Source: Microbacteriaceae bacterium (GTDB lineage Bacteria > Actinomycetota > Actinomycetes > Actinomycetales > Microbacteriaceae). Taken from it: a stretch of 64,000 nucleotides of DNA. The DNA lies in contig DATMGN010000017.1 in assembly GCA_035555435.1 (NCBI GenBank), positions 10,775-74,774 of the forward strand, in the 5' to 3' direction. The position numbers were made by a program, and so were the translations under genes. Every line of letters starts with the position of its first letter. Positions within the stretch are counted from its first letter, which is position 1. Under the pieces are notes generated by a model that worked only from the letters and a program-made list of their open reading frames with translations, did not search any database and was not told where the DNA came from. Positions 28,428-38,035 of the stretch are shown here, piece after piece.

Positions 28428-29281
28428 GTGCGCTCACCGGCATTGTCCACGGCCTGCCCGAAGCCGACTACCACGCGCGGCCCGAACTGTCATCGACCGA
28501 AGCACGCCTGATCCTCGAGTCCCCGGCGAAGTACCGCTGGAAGAAAGACCACCCGCCGCTGGTCGCCCCGTCGAAGAAGTTCGACATCGGGTCCGCCGTT
28601 CACTCCAAGGTGCTCGGCACCGGGTACGACGTCGCGGTCATCCCTGACGAGATCCTCGCGTCCAACGGGGCGATCTCCACGAAGGAAGCGAAAGCGTTCG
28701 TGGATGAGGCACGCGCGGACGGGAAGATTCCGCTCAAGCGGGTCGACTTCGAACCGATCGACGCCGCCGCCGAATCCGTCCTCGCCCACCCGACCGCCCG
28801 AGCATTGTTCGATCAGCCCGGCGACGCCGAGGTGAGCGTGTTCGCGGAGATCGACGGCGTTCCCGTCCGAGCCCGGTTCGACTTCCTCCCCGAGCAGAGT
28901 GAGCGACGCCGGGTCGCGGTCGACTTGAAAACGGCTCGGGATGCGAGCTTCCGAGAGTTCGAACGGTCCATCGCATCACTCCGATACGACGTCCAGCGGT
29001 CCTGGTATCTCGCGGCACTCGACGCCGTGACTGGACCGATGCCGCACGGCTTGGAACCGGAGTTCGTGTACGTCGCGGTCGAGAAGGAACCGCCCTACCT
29101 CGTCGGTGTTCACGCGATCACCCCGCAATGGGCGGCGATCGGCGACGCGGCATCGGCGAAGGCTCGGCGGCTCTACGCGAGCTGCATGGAAGCGGGCGTG
29201 TGGCCCGGCTACCCCGAAGAAATCCAGTACCACGCGCCCCCGACGTGGCTCGTGATCCAAGCAGAGGAAGACGATGAGTGA
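28424..29281 (+). CDS. RecE-like PD-(D/E)XK exonuclease
   Basis: 285 aa. GLPEADYHARPELSSTEARLI..., ...RFDFLP...VAVDLKTARD... nuclease core. Directly upstream of recT. Confidence 0.7.
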   Translation: MSALTGIVHGLPEADYHARPELSSTEARLILESPAKYRWKKDHPPLVAPSKKFDIGSAVHSKVLGTGYDVAVIPDEILASNGAISTKEAKAFVDEARADGKIPLKRVDFEPIDAAAESVLAHPTARALFDQPGDAEVSVFAEIDGVPVRARFDFLPEQSERRRVAVDLKTARDASFREFERSIASLRYDVQRSWYLAALDAVTGPMPHGLEPEFVYVAVEKEPPYLVGVHAITPQWAAIGDAASAKARRLYASCMEAGVWPGYPEEIQYHAPPTWLVIQAEEDDE

Positions 29282-30086
29282 GGTTCAGGTTCGGCAGACG
29301 CCGGACATCATCCAGCAGGTCAACGCGTCGCAGTCGGGACTCGCCGCCGCCCTCGCGGACCGGATCGGTGTGGAGCGGTTCACGCGTGCCGCCGTCACGG
29401 TGCTCAGGACGACGCCCGCACTGTCGCGATGCACACCGGAGTCGGTACTTGGCGGGTTGTTCGTCGCCGCACAACTCGGCCTCGAGATCGGTGGTCCCCG
29501 TGCCTACGCACACTTGGTCCCGTACGGCAGAGACGCGCAACTGATCGTCGGCTACAAGGGCTACGTCGAGTTGTTCTACCGGGCCGGCGCGCGTGCGGTC
29601 ACAGCCGACATTGTTCGCGAGGGCGACGTGATTGAGCAGGCCACCGACGAGACGGGTCGGACCGTCATCCACTGGAAGAACGCGAATCCGCTGGACACCG
29701 ACCGCGCTCCGGTAGGCGCACTCGCGGTGGTTGTGCTGGCGTCTGGCGAGGTGTTGCAGAACTTCATGACGAAGGCGCAGATCCTCAAGCGCAAGCCGCG
29801 CACTTCAAAGGCCGGACCGTGGTCCGACTGGGAAGAGGAGATGTGGTTGAAGACGGTGCTGCGGGACACAGCCCGGACCGCACGCCTCTCGTCGGATGAT
29901 CTCGCTCTCGCGGTGCAGGCCGATCAGTCGATCACGACGGGGACCGGTGAGACGGCGAAGCGTCGTCATGTGGAGGTTGGTGAGGCCGAGTTCGAGCCGG
30001 TGACGGTCGCGGAACTGACGGCCCTGGTCGACGCTGAGCTCGATCCCGCGCACCCGGACTACGTGGCATCGGCAGACGAACGATGA
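29274..30086 (+). CDS. recT: RecT family single-strand annealing recombinase
   Basis: 270 aa. ...ESVLGGLFVAAQLGLEIGGPRAYAHLVPYG...QLIVGYKGYVELFYRAG... Confidence 0.8.
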   Translation: MSEVQVRQTPDIIQQVNASQSGLAAALADRIGVERFTRAAVTVLRTTPALSRCTPESVLGGLFVAAQLGLEIGGPRAYAHLVPYGRDAQLIVGYKGYVELFYRAGARAVTADIVREGDVIEQATDETGRTVIHWKNANPLDTDRAPVGALAVVVLASGEVLQNFMTKAQILKRKPRTSKAGPWSDWEEEMWLKTVLRDTARTARLSSDDLALAVQADQSITTGTGETAKRRHVEVGEAEFEPVTVAELTALVDAELDPAHPDYVASADER

Positions 30087-30319
30087 GCCGCGACTTTCCT
30101 CTCACGTCCGCTGACCTCCGGTACATCGCTGACCGCGTGGACGAGGTTTGCGCGGTGGTCGACCCGCCTGACGGTGAACTGAAGGACGGCGATTGGCGCT
30201 GGGGTCTACAGGTGACGATCTGGAACCAGGACGCCGCCGACGAAGACGACGTGGCTGGTGTGGTCGCTCCTCACGGCGACGGGTGGATCGGTTTCTATCC
30301 GAAGGGAATCGACCGTTGA
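30083..30319 (+). CDS. hypothetical phage protein (78 aa)
   Basis: ATGA overlap with recT. GC3-rich. Confidence 0.55.
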   Translation: MSRDFPLTSADLRYIADRVDEVCAVVDPPDGELKDGDWRWGLQVTIWNQDAADEDDVAGVVAPHGDGWIGFYPKGIDR

Positions 30320-30630
30320 CCCCCGCCGAGCGCCTACAGGCGGCAATCGACAAGCTCGAGCGGCTCAAGGCAGAGAGCGGCTACGTCGAGTTCAACGGGT
30401 GGCTTGCAGAGCCAAACCCCGGAGACACGGTGCGATCGCACCTTGAGCCGCGCGATGACTTGAGCCCGATCACGAACGATCCGCTTCTCGTCACCTTGCA
30501 TCGCACGATCGACGGGCAGATCGGCCTCCTCCAGTACACCCTCGGGATGCTCATCCACGATGACGTGCGCGCAGGGCAACTCGATCAGGTCCTCGCCCTC
30601 GCTGACGCGATCCTCGGGGGTGCCGAATGA
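30316..30630 (+). CDS. hypothetical phage protein (104 aa)
   Basis: TTG 30316 overlaps the upstream stop. Same frame as track ORF 30193-30630. Confidence 0.5.
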   Translation: MTPAERLQAAIDKLERLKAESGYVEFNGWLAEPNPGDTVRSHLEPRDDLSPITNDPLLVTLHRTIDGQIGLLQYTLGMLIHDDVRAGQLDQVLALADAILGGAE

Positions 30631-31352
30631 GCGCCCGGCCGAAACTCCTCGACCTGTTCTGCTGTCAGGGCGGTGCGTCCGAAGGTTACCGGCGTGCAGG
30701 GTTCGACGTGTACGGCAACGACATTGACCCGCAACCGCGCTACCCGTTCATGTTCACGAAGGGAGACGCGCTACTGACGCTGCGCCGACTACTCGCGGGC
30801 GATCCGGTGCCGTTCGGTGATGGGACCGGCCGCCTCGACTGGATGCACCTGTGGGACTTCGATGCGATTCACGCGAGCCCGCCGTGTCAGACGTTCACGG
30901 CGTACCGTCGCCGTGGCGCTGGGGTCGGGGATTCCTACCTGAATCTGATCCCCGAGACCCGCGAGTTGCTCGAACGAACCGGCCTGCCCTGGGTGATCGA
31001 GAACGTCGAAGGTGCGCGCGGTGAGCTCCGCGAATCAGTCCGCGTTTGCGGGTCGTCGTTCGGGCTCGACGTTCGCAGGCATCGGCTCTTTGAGTCGAGC
31101 GAGGCAATGTCTGGAACCGTCTGCGATCACGCATGGCAGACGCCCCGTTTCCCCCCAGCTACGAATCGCACGAACTTGCGCCGCACTGTCGAGGTAGGCG
31201 TCTGGCGTATTCCGCTGAACGTGCAGCAGGACGCGATGGGTGGGCTGGAGTGGATGACTCTCCGTGGGCTGTCCGAAGCGATCCCGCCGGCCTACACCGA
31301 GTTCATTGGCACCCAGCTCCTCGCTTCCCTCTCTGGGGAGGTGACCGCATGA
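30627..31352 (+). CDS. DNA (cytosine-5)-methyltransferase, compact
   Basis: Motif I LDLFCCQGGAS, IV SPPCQ, VI ENV, VIII RRHRLF, X AIPPAY. Confidence 0.8.
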   Translation: MSARPKLLDLFCCQGGASEGYRRAGFDVYGNDIDPQPRYPFMFTKGDALLTLRRLLAGDPVPFGDGTGRLDWMHLWDFDAIHASPPCQTFTAYRRRGAGVGDSYLNLIPETRELLERTGLPWVIENVEGARGELRESVRVCGSSFGLDVRRHRLFESSEAMSGTVCDHAWQTPRFPPATNRTNLRRTVEVGVWRIPLNVQQDAMGGLEWMTLRGLSEAIPPAYTEFIGTQLLASLSGEVTA

Positions 31353-32065
31353 CCTGCAAGAAGAAGAAGCCGTCCGAGTTTACGGAAGCAGTTGGCACAT
31401 GCCGGCACTGTGGCTCGGAGCTTCTGCAGAAGCGCGGAGAGAGCCGGGGACACTTCAGCACTCGGAAGTTCTGTGACCTCGATTGCTACCAAGCGAATGT
31501 TGATGTGCCGTGCTCATACCCAGGATGTGGTGGACGAAAGCTGGCGCGGGGATTGTGCTCAAAGCACTACGCCCGCGTTCGAGCAAACGGCTCCCCAGAA
31601 GTCGTCCGTCGCATAGTCGGAGCTTCGCTCGCCGAGCGTCTAGCCGCGTATTCCCGGCCCGATGGGGACTGTCTTGTTTGGTTTGGGGGTACTCACCGGA
31701 GTGGTCACGGGAAGATTCAAGTCTCGGGCAGGTCTATTGGTACGCACCGCATCGCATTCATCGAAGCGTATGGGCCGATTCCTGAAGGCTTGGTTGTTCG
31801 TCACAAGTGCGACAACCCACCGTGCATTCGCCCGGAGCATCTTGAGTTGGGGACCTCTGCGGACAATACGAACGACCGGACGATCCGAGGTCGAACGTCT
31901 ACCGCGAGACGCAAACTCGACGCCACGCAAGTGGTTGAAGTTCGGAGGCGAATCTTGGCGGGCGACTTCAAGCGAGACATTGCTATGGATTTCGGCGTCG
32001 TTCCGACTGTGATCTCCAATATCGCACTTGGCCGTGCCTACGTCGGGGTGGGGGTGACGGTGTGA
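31349..32065 (+). CDS. HNH (HNH_3-type) endonuclease with C-terminal HTH
   Basis: VVRHKCDNPPCIRPEHLELGTSADN. N-terminal Cys clusters. ATGA overlap. Confidence 0.75.
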   Translation: MTCKKKKPSEFTEAVGTCRHCGSELLQKRGESRGHFSTRKFCDLDCYQANVDVPCSYPGCGGRKLARGLCSKHYARVRANGSPEVVRRIVGASLAERLAAYSRPDGDCLVWFGGTHRSGHGKIQVSGRSIGTHRIAFIEAYGPIPEGLVVRHKCDNPPCIRPEHLELGTSADNTNDRTIRGRTSTARRKLDATQVVEVRRRILAGDFKRDIAMDFGVVPTVISNIALGRAYVGVGVTV

Positions 32066-32469
32066 TCCCGAAATCGCTCGTGAAGCGAGTCCTGGCCCGT
32101 GACCACGGCATGTGCGTGATCGCCGGCCCGCCCTGCACTCGTGACGCCACAGTCGCTGACCATCGCGTCAATCGTGGGCATGGCGGATCGAAGGTACTGA
32201 ACGATCTCGCGAACCTGATCGCCGCGTGCGGGCTGTGCAACGGATGGAAAGAGGACGTGGACGGCGAAGCTCTCATCGAGCTGCGCCGTCGCGGCGTCCG
32301 AGTGCAACCCGACTCGACTCATGCGAAGTCGCTCCTGCGCGCACAGATCACCCCGGTCGAGTATCCGAACGGCATGGTCGTCATCCTCACGTCGTCAGGC
32401 GATCGGCTCGCACAGGTGCTCATGAAGTCCGCGGGTGTGTCGATCCACGCGGACAGGAAGGTCAGCTGA
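32062..32469 (+). CDS. HNH endonuclease
   Basis: 135 aa. ...ATVADHRVNRGHGGSKVLNDLANLIAACGLCNGWKED. Confidence 0.7.
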   Translation: MIPKSLVKRVLARDHGMCVIAGPPCTRDATVADHRVNRGHGGSKVLNDLANLIAACGLCNGWKEDVDGEALIELRRRGVRVQPDSTHAKSLLRAQITPVEYPNGMVVILTSSGDRLAQVLMKSAGVSIHADRKVS

Positions 32470-33140
32470 TGGCGAAGGAGATTCGCACAGTCAAACGTGA
32501 CCTGTGGCGTTCGGACGATTTCAACGGCCTGTCCCGTGACGCTCGCCTCACATGGGTTGCGCTCATCAGCTACGCGGACGACCACGGCAGGTTCAAAGCC
32601 GACCCTCGGGAACTGTGGGCGTTCGCATGGTTGCACGACGGCGACATGCATGTGGAGGACGTCGGTCACCACCTGGCCGAGATGGTCGAGCGGGGCATGA
32701 TTCACGCCTATTCGGTGGACGGTCGGGACTATTTCGAGATCCCAACATGGTCGAAGCATCAGCGGGTGGATAACGCGGCGAAGTCTCCTATTCCTGCCCC
32801 TCGCGGCGATTCGCCGCAGTCTGCCGCGGTTCGCGGCGAACTGCCGCACGCTGCCGCTGGAGGGGAGGGGAGGGGAGAGGAAGGGAGGGGAGATGCCGCG
32901 GACCGCGGCGAACCCCCCGCCCCGTTCTGCTCGAAGCATCCCGGCGGTACGGATGATCCGTGCCGGGCGTGCGGGAACGCGCGTCGTCGTCGGGATGAGT
33001 GGGATGCGGAGGTTCGTAATCGGGCGACTCCGACTCCGAAGCGTGGTCCGTGCGATCACTCGAAAGCAACCAAGCAGGGTCTGACGGTGTGCGAGTGCGA
33101 TGCGCGACTCGAGGACGGCGTATGGAGGGCAGTCGCATGA
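32469..33140 (+). CDS. hypothetical phage protein, possible replication/DNA-binding function
   Basis: 223 aa. N-terminal ...RLTWVALISYADDHGRF... Gly/Glu/Arg low-complexity linker, Cys-rich C-terminus. Confidence 0.5.
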   Translation: MAKEIRTVKRDLWRSDDFNGLSRDARLTWVALISYADDHGRFKADPRELWAFAWLHDGDMHVEDVGHHLAEMVERGMIHAYSVDGRDYFEIPTWSKHQRVDNAAKSPIPAPRGDSPQSAAVRGELPHAAAGGEGRGEEGRGDAADRGEPPAPFCSKHPGGTDDPCRACGNARRRRDEWDAEVRNRATPTPKRGPCDHSKATKQGLTVCECDARLEDGVWRAVA

Positions 33141-34201
33141 AGCCGTACTACGCCGACGATCTCGTGACGCTGCATCAGGGCGATGCGCTCGATGTGTCCC
33201 GCGAGCTCGATCCGGGGTCGGTGCAGACGATCGTCACATCACCGCCATACTTCGGCCTCCGCGATTACGGAGTCGACGGTCAGCTCGGCGCTGAGCAGTC
33301 CGTGCAGGAGTACGTCGACCGGATGGTTGCCCTATTCCGCAGCCTCCGTGACGTGCTCGCGGATGACGGGACGCTGTGGCTCAATCTCGGCGACTCGTAC
33401 AGCGGTGCCGGCCCGTCCGGGGCGTCCTACGACTCAGCAACGACTAGACGCCGCGCTGAGGGTGACGGCATGGACGGCAAGTTTCGCGTCTCTAAGCGGC
33501 TCGCAGAGCGTGATCTGGACTACTCGCGCAAGAAGCCCGTCCCTACCAGTGGGATACCGGCAAAGAACCTTATCGGCGTCCCGTGGCGTGTCGCGTTCGC
33601 GCTCCAAGACGACGGGTGGATTCTCCGGTCGGACATCATCTGGGCGAAACCGAACCCGATGCCGGAGAGCGTGGCGGACCGGCCGACGAAGGCGCACGAG
33701 TACCTGTTCCTGATGAGTAAGTCGCCCCGGTACTACTACGACGCGGAGGCGATCAAGGAACCGGCGATCACAGGATTCAACGGGTCCGAGTTCCACACGG
33801 GCAAGACGGGCGAGCATCAGCTCGAGCGTGCGTCGAAGCAGCCACGATTCGGGGGGAATAAATACGGGCTCGGCAACGACACCCCGAAGTCGGGGAACGA
33901 GTACGCACCGAACGGACGGGCGAACAAGCGCACCGTCTGGTCTGTGCCCACGGTGCCGTTCAGTGAGGCGCACTTCGCCGTATACCCGCCTGAACTGATC
34001 CGCCCCTGCATCCTCGCCGGCTCGAGGCGTGGCGACACCGTGCTCGACCCGTTCTCGGGCTCTGGAACGACGGGCATGGTCGCCACGCAGGAGGGACGCC
34101 GCTACATCGGCGTCGACCTGAATCGGGAGTACCTCGAGCTGAGTCTGCGGTCGAGGTTCGCTCAGCCGGTGCTCGACATGACGGGCGGTGATGTCGCATG
34201 A
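33137..34201 (+). CDS. DNA methyltransferase, beta class (N4-cytosine or N6-adenine)
   Basis: Motif IV IVTSPPYFGLRDYG precedes motif I LDPFSGSGTTG. IWAKPNPMPES. Confidence 0.8.
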   Translation: MKPYYADDLVTLHQGDALDVSRELDPGSVQTIVTSPPYFGLRDYGVDGQLGAEQSVQEYVDRMVALFRSLRDVLADDGTLWLNLGDSYSGAGPSGASYDSATTRRRAEGDGMDGKFRVSKRLAERDLDYSRKKPVPTSGIPAKNLIGVPWRVAFALQDDGWILRSDIIWAKPNPMPESVADRPTKAHEYLFLMSKSPRYYYDAEAIKEPAITGFNGSEFHTGKTGEHQLERASKQPRFGGNKYGLGNDTPKSGNEYAPNGRANKRTVWSVPTVPFSEAHFAVYPPELIRPCILAGSRRGDTVLDPFSGSGTTGMVATQEGRRYIGVDLNREYLELSLRSRFAQPVLDMTGGDVA

Positions 34202-34509
34202 GTCAGGTCAAGATCCGCAATATCACCGCGACGGTCGAGGGCAGTGACCTGTGGCGGGCTGAGTCGAAACTCGGTGCGGATGGGCTGCGGTCGGGGATTA
34301 CGGCCGCGGTCGAGTCGGCGGTGCGAGTCATGGCGACATCGGGGCATCGGTCCCTGTCGGCGCGCGTCGCGGAACTGCATCGTGCGGGCTTGTGTGACGC
34401 GTTGATCGCAGGCGAGCTGAACGTCGTGAAGTACCGCGTCGGTGATATTCGCCGGCGTCTCGGATTGGAACCGAACCGGTGCCACCGGTCGGGAGGAAGG
34501 CGACAGTGA
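34198..34509 (+). CDS. hypothetical phage protein (103 aa)
   Basis: ATGA overlap with the methyltransferase. Possible C-terminal HTH. Confidence 0.5.
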   Translation: MSQVKIRNITATVEGSDLWRAESKLGADGLRSGITAAVESAVRVMATSGHRSLSARVAELHRAGLCDALIAGELNVVKYRVGDIRRRLGLEPNRCHRSGGRRQ

Positions 34510-34631
34510 ACGTCCTCAAATCCCCGGATTCGAACGTCCGTTCGATAGAATCAAAGCGGCCCCAAACCGAGTGCGCTAACACTCGCCGGGGCCTAACCCT
34601 CAACCAAGGTCTAGTTGATTGGAGGGCTACC

Positions 34632-35114
34632 GTGAATGGTACCCAAGACCCCCTTATCGTTGCTCGCTTCTGGAGCAAGGTCGAAGTGCGTCGCCCAGGC
34701 GAATGCTGGGACTGGCGCGCGAAGTCAGTCGGGAGCGGCGGTCACGGAGTGTTCCGCCCGAGCAAGTCCCTCCCACTAGTGAAGGCTCACAGATTCGCGT
34801 GGGAGGCCGCACATGGCCCCATCGCAGACGGAGTCATTCTTCGCCATCGATGCGATAACGCTGGGTGTTGCAATCCCGCGCACATGATCCCCGGCACTCA
34901 GGCCCAGAACGTGGCCGACATGCACATGCGCCGCCGTCGCCGCTACAAGACCCAGTTCTCGGACCAGCAGATCATCCAGATTCGCGAGCGGTATCTCGCC
35001 GGAGAGTCGCAGAGGTCGCTCGCTCAAGAGTTCGAGTGCTCGCAGAGCTACATATCCATGATCGTTCGCGGCGTCCGAGGCGTCGCGGCAATGAAGGGAA
35101 TCAGAGATGAATGA
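34632..35114 (+). CDS. HNH (HNH_3-type) endonuclease with C-terminal HTH, paralogue of 31349-32065
   Basis: GTG 34632 after GGAGGG. ...[26 protein letters not shown]...[17 protein letters not shown]. Confidence 0.7.
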   Translation: MNGTQDPLIVARFWSKVEVRRPGECWDWRAKSVGSGGHGVFRPSKSLPLVKAHRFAWEAAHGPIADGVILRHRCDNAGCCNPAHMIPGTQAQNVADMHMRRRRRYKTQFSDQQIIQIRERYLAGESQRSLAQEFECSQSYISMIVRGVRGVAAMKGIRDE

Positions 35115-35574
35115 AACCGTCGTTTGCGTCGTCGGCAACCTGACCGCCGACCCGGAGTTGCGTTTCACGCAGTCGGGTCTCGCGGTCGTGAACTTCACGA
35201 TCGCTAGTACGCCGAAGACGTTCGACAAGGCGAAGAACGAGTGGGTCAACGGCGAGACGCTGTTCCTGCGGGCGTCGTGCTGGCGTGAGTTCGCGGAGCA
35301 TGTCGCGGGCAGTCTCTCGAAGGGTTCGCGGGTCGTCGCGACGGGGAAGCTGCGGTCGCGTGCGTATGAGACCCGTGAGGGTGAGAAGCGGACGTCGATT
35401 GAGTTGGATGTGGACGAGATTGGTCCGTCGCTGCGATATGCGACGGCGACTGTGACCAGGAGCGCGTCAAACGACCGAGCAAACGGCTCACCAAGCGCGA
35501 TTTCAGGGAATGACTCGTGGAATGCGCCCGCAGATTGGACGGAGGTCGGCAATGTCTCCGAAACGCCGTTCTAG
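35107..35574 (+). CDS. ssb: single-stranded DNA-binding protein
   Basis: [29 protein letters not shown] fold, C-terminal tip SETPF. Confidence 0.9.
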   Translation: MNETVVCVVGNLTADPELRFTQSGLAVVNFTIASTPKTFDKAKNEWVNGETLFLRASCWREFAEHVAGSLSKGSRVVATGKLRSRAYETREGEKRTSIELDVDEIGPSLRYATATVTRSASNDRANGSPSAISGNDSWNAPADWTEVGNVSETPF

Positions 35575-35839
35575 TCACATTGAGGGTCTGACGGAGTACG
35601 CGACCGAGCGAGAGACAACGGTCACCTACTCGCCGGGTGATCCGGTCGTGCGGATCTGGACGAGCGTCGCGAAGCATCTGCGGGCGTTCCGAGCTGACTC
35701 GGGCTACTCCGAAACGAGGTCTTGGCCGGCTGACGGTCTGACCCCCGAGGCGGCTGAGTTCACGATTCGCCGTGACTTGTACGAAGTGGCTCGTGGGCGT
35801 CGTCGTCCGCGTGGTCCGAAGGGAGACGCCGATGCCTGA
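35552..35839 (+). CDS. hypothetical phage protein (95 aa)
   Basis: Internal ATG of track ORF 35510-35839. Start uncertain. Confidence 0.45.
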   Translation: MSPKRRSSHIEGLTEYATERETTVTYSPGDPVVRIWTSVAKHLRAFRADSGYSETRSWPADGLTPEAAEFTIRRDLYEVARGRRRPRGPKGDADA

Positions 35840-36086
35840 CACCTACACGCCGACGACGGGGGAGGTGCGCGACACATTCGCAGCGTTTCACTACACGAGC
35901 CGTCATGGGTCGGAGGTCGCCACCGAGTTCGACCGGTGGCTAGCGCAGGAGCAGGCGAAGGCGTGGGATGAGGGTGCGCTGTGGGCTGCTGTCGAGTGCG
36001 GCGTCATTGCCAACGAGCACGGGCGGTTTCTCGCTCCCGGCGACAACCCCTACCGCGCTCGTCTCTCCTCTGGAGGTGAGGGATGA
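35832..36086 (+). CDS. hypothetical phage protein (84 aa)
   Basis: ATG 35832 in track ORF 35772-36086. Confidence 0.5.
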   Translation: MPDTYTPTTGEVRDTFAAFHYTSRHGSEVATEFDRWLAQEQAKAWDEGALWAAVECGVIANEHGRFLAPGDNPYRARLSSGGEG

Positions 36087-36235
36087 GCGAGCCATGCCCG
36101 TACTGCGGGCGCTTCATGCGTCAGGTCTGGCACCAGGCGTCCGACGAGCCGGACAGTTGGCAGGACTACTGGCGATGCGTCCAGCACGAGAAGCACAAGA
36201 AGGACCATCCAGACGATTTCGGAGGCCCCCGATGA
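36083..36235 (+). CDS. small zinc-ribbon-like protein (50 aa)
   Basis: MSEPCPYCGRFM...WRCVQHEKH. ATGA overlaps at both ends. Confidence 0.45.
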   Translation: MSEPCPYCGRFMRQVWHQASDEPDSWQDYWRCVQHEKHKKDHPDDFGGPR

Positions 36236-36447
36236 CCTCCATCCAGCAGGCCGCAGAAGGCGCTGAGTGGGCGCTTGAGCGTGCGGCGCGTGTCGTGGAA
36301 TCGAACCTTGGGCGGTCGTGGATCGGCACTGAGACGCCGAGGGACATCGCCACCGCTATCCGTTCCCTGTCCACCACGTCTATCCCGATTTCCGGATCAT
36401 CCGGGTCTGATCGCGAAAACACGATAAAGGAGGAGAGCAATGAGTGA
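36232..36447 (+). CDS. hypothetical phage protein (71 aa)
   Basis: ATGA overlap. In frame with track ORF 35968-36447. Confidence 0.45.
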   Translation: MTSIQQAAEGAEWALERAARVVESNLGRSWIGTETPRDIATAIRSLSTTSIPISGSSGSDRENTIKEESNE

Positions 36448-36685
36448 GATTCAAGCGTCGGGGCGCTACAGGGTCTGGTACATCCCGCAGGTTCCGATGC
36501 CTGCATTCGAGCGAGAGTTCAGCGACCTGGAGACAGCGAAGGTGGTCCTCAACGCGATCATCGACTTCTCGATTTTCGAGTTCGAGAGCCGAATCAAGCC
36601 GGACTACTCCGACATGGCAGGTATCGCTGTTTGGGACGGCGAGGACTGGGAAGATCTGGACGAGAGCGAGTGGTCTGATGCCTGA
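36440..36685 (+). CDS. hypothetical acidic phage protein (81 aa)
   Basis: Track ORF. RBS AAGGAGGAG upstream. Confidence 0.6.
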   Translation: MSEIQASGRYRVWYIPQVPMPAFEREFSDLETAKVVLNAIIDFSIFEFESRIKPDYSDMAGIAVWDGEDWEDLDESEWSDA

Positions 36686-36995
36686 TCTCGATGCCCTGCT
36701 GACCGAGGCGGATCAGTTCGTCGCTACTCGCGGTGAGTCTCGACGCGACACAGATCTCGTGCAGCGTCTCGCATCCGCTCTCCGTTCCGTCCAGGTACCG
36801 GTGACCGAGGAGATGGGATGGGAGTACGGGGTCACGCGCGATCCCGGTTCGGCGTACGCGGAGTACACGGTCGGAACTGAGGGTGTGGTTCGCGAGTACG
36901 CGGCGAAACGCCCGCACCTCCACGCGTGTCGCCGACGCAAGGCTGGCCCCTGGGAGACCTTGCCCACCCCCGGCACCACAACAGAGGAGGAATGA
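36678..36995 (+). CDS. hypothetical phage protein (105 aa)
   Basis: ATG 36678 inside track ORF 36444-36995. Confidence 0.5.
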   Translation: MPDLDALLTEADQFVATRGESRRDTDLVQRLASALRSVQVPVTEEMGWEYGVTRDPGSAYAEYTVGTEGVVREYAAKRPHLHACRRRKAGPWETLPTPGTTTEEE

Positions 36996-36998
36996 GAG

Positions 36999-37184
36999 AT
37001 GGCCCGACAGTTCATTGCGATCGTCACCGTTGAGGACGGGACGACGTTCAATCAGATTCGAGAGGCGGCGCAGTCGTTCATCGAGTGTACGCCGATGTTC
37101 GTCGAGGCGGTTCGGTTCACGGAGGCGCGGGAGTATCGCCTTCCGCCACTTTCGGAGCCGACCCCATCCGTAGGGGAGGAATGA
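36999..37184 (+). CDS. hypothetical phage protein (61 aa)
   Basis: Track ORF. GGAGGAATGAGAGATG junction. Confidence 0.5.
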   Translation: MARQFIAIVTVEDGTTFNQIREAAQSFIECTPMFVEAVRFTEAREYRLPPLSEPTPSVGEE

Positions 37185-37187
37185 GAG

Positions 37188-37529
37188 ATGAAGCGCACCA
37201 ATGAGATCCAGGGCACCCGACGACTTCCCGATCTCGACTACCGAGAGAACTTCTCCATGCGGAAGGACCCCCCAGGCACCTACGTCAAGATCGTGAACTT
37301 CCCGCCGATGGCGGTTGGGCCGACAAACCTCACGGGCGACCTTTGGTTCGTGATTACACCGAATGGACTGCTTGGCAATCTCGGCAATCACACCGTGCGA
37401 GAGGAAGATGACGGCACGATCTCCGTGAATCCTGGGGATGGGTCCAGTAACAGCATTCTCGTCAACGGGGGTGAACAGGGCTCCTGGCATGGATACATCA
37501 CTCGTGGCCTGTGGTGGAGCCTCGCATGA
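37188..37529 (+). CDS. hypothetical phage protein (113 aa)
   Basis: Track ORF. Identical GGAGGAATGAGAGATG junction. Confidence 0.55.
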   Translation: MKRTNEIQGTRRLPDLDYRENFSMRKDPPGTYVKIVNFPPMAVGPTNLTGDLWFVITPNGLLGNLGNHTVREEDDGTISVNPGDGSSNSILVNGGEQGSWHGYITRGLWWSLA

Positions 37530-38035
37530 CCGCCATCGACCTCGACGCGATCCGAGCACGACACCGGAAGACCCGAGTGCAGGTCGGCTCCGAGACGCAC
37601 GGTGGCCCACCGCAGTACGGCGACGTGTGCGTCCAGTCAGGGTGTGGTGTGGCGTGGCCCTGCGAGACTGCCGCGCTCCTGGCGGAGATTGACCGTCTCC
37701 TCGCCCTGGTGTCCGAACCGCCGACCGACGACGAGGTGAAGGCGCTGGTTGCCGTGCTTGACCCCGCAGATTCGTCGCGGCACAGCGGGCGTCTCTGGGC
37801 AGGTCGAAGCCTTCATGCTACTCAGGCCCAGGAGATTGCTAACGCGATCATCGCCGCTGGCTTCACCCGCCGCCCCATGCCGAGCGAGGACGAGATCGCT
37901 CGCGCGATGGCCGCTGCGATCAACTCGGAGACGGGACAGGAGTCCGGCTGGACGTTGACGCCTGGCGGTGGAGAACGAATGGTCAGGATCTGCGCCGCCA
38001 CTGCACTCGCCCTGTTCAAGGGAGCCGAGGGATGA
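37526..38035 (+). CDS. hypothetical phage protein (169 aa)
   Basis: ATGA overlap. Track ORF 37511-38035. Confidence 0.55.
   Translation: MTAIDLDAIRARHRKTRVQVGSETHGGPPQYGDVCVQSGCGVAWPCETAALLAEIDRLLALVSEPPTDDEVKALVAVLDPADSSRHSGRLWAGRSLHATQAQEIANAIIAAGFTRRPMPSEDEIARAMAAAINSETGQESGWTLTPGGGERMVRICAATALALFKGAEG

Noticed and set aside
34520-34545. GGATTCGAAC string as a reverse-strand tRNA
   Set aside because: The flanks do not pair into a T stem, and no acceptor or anticodon arms can be drawn.
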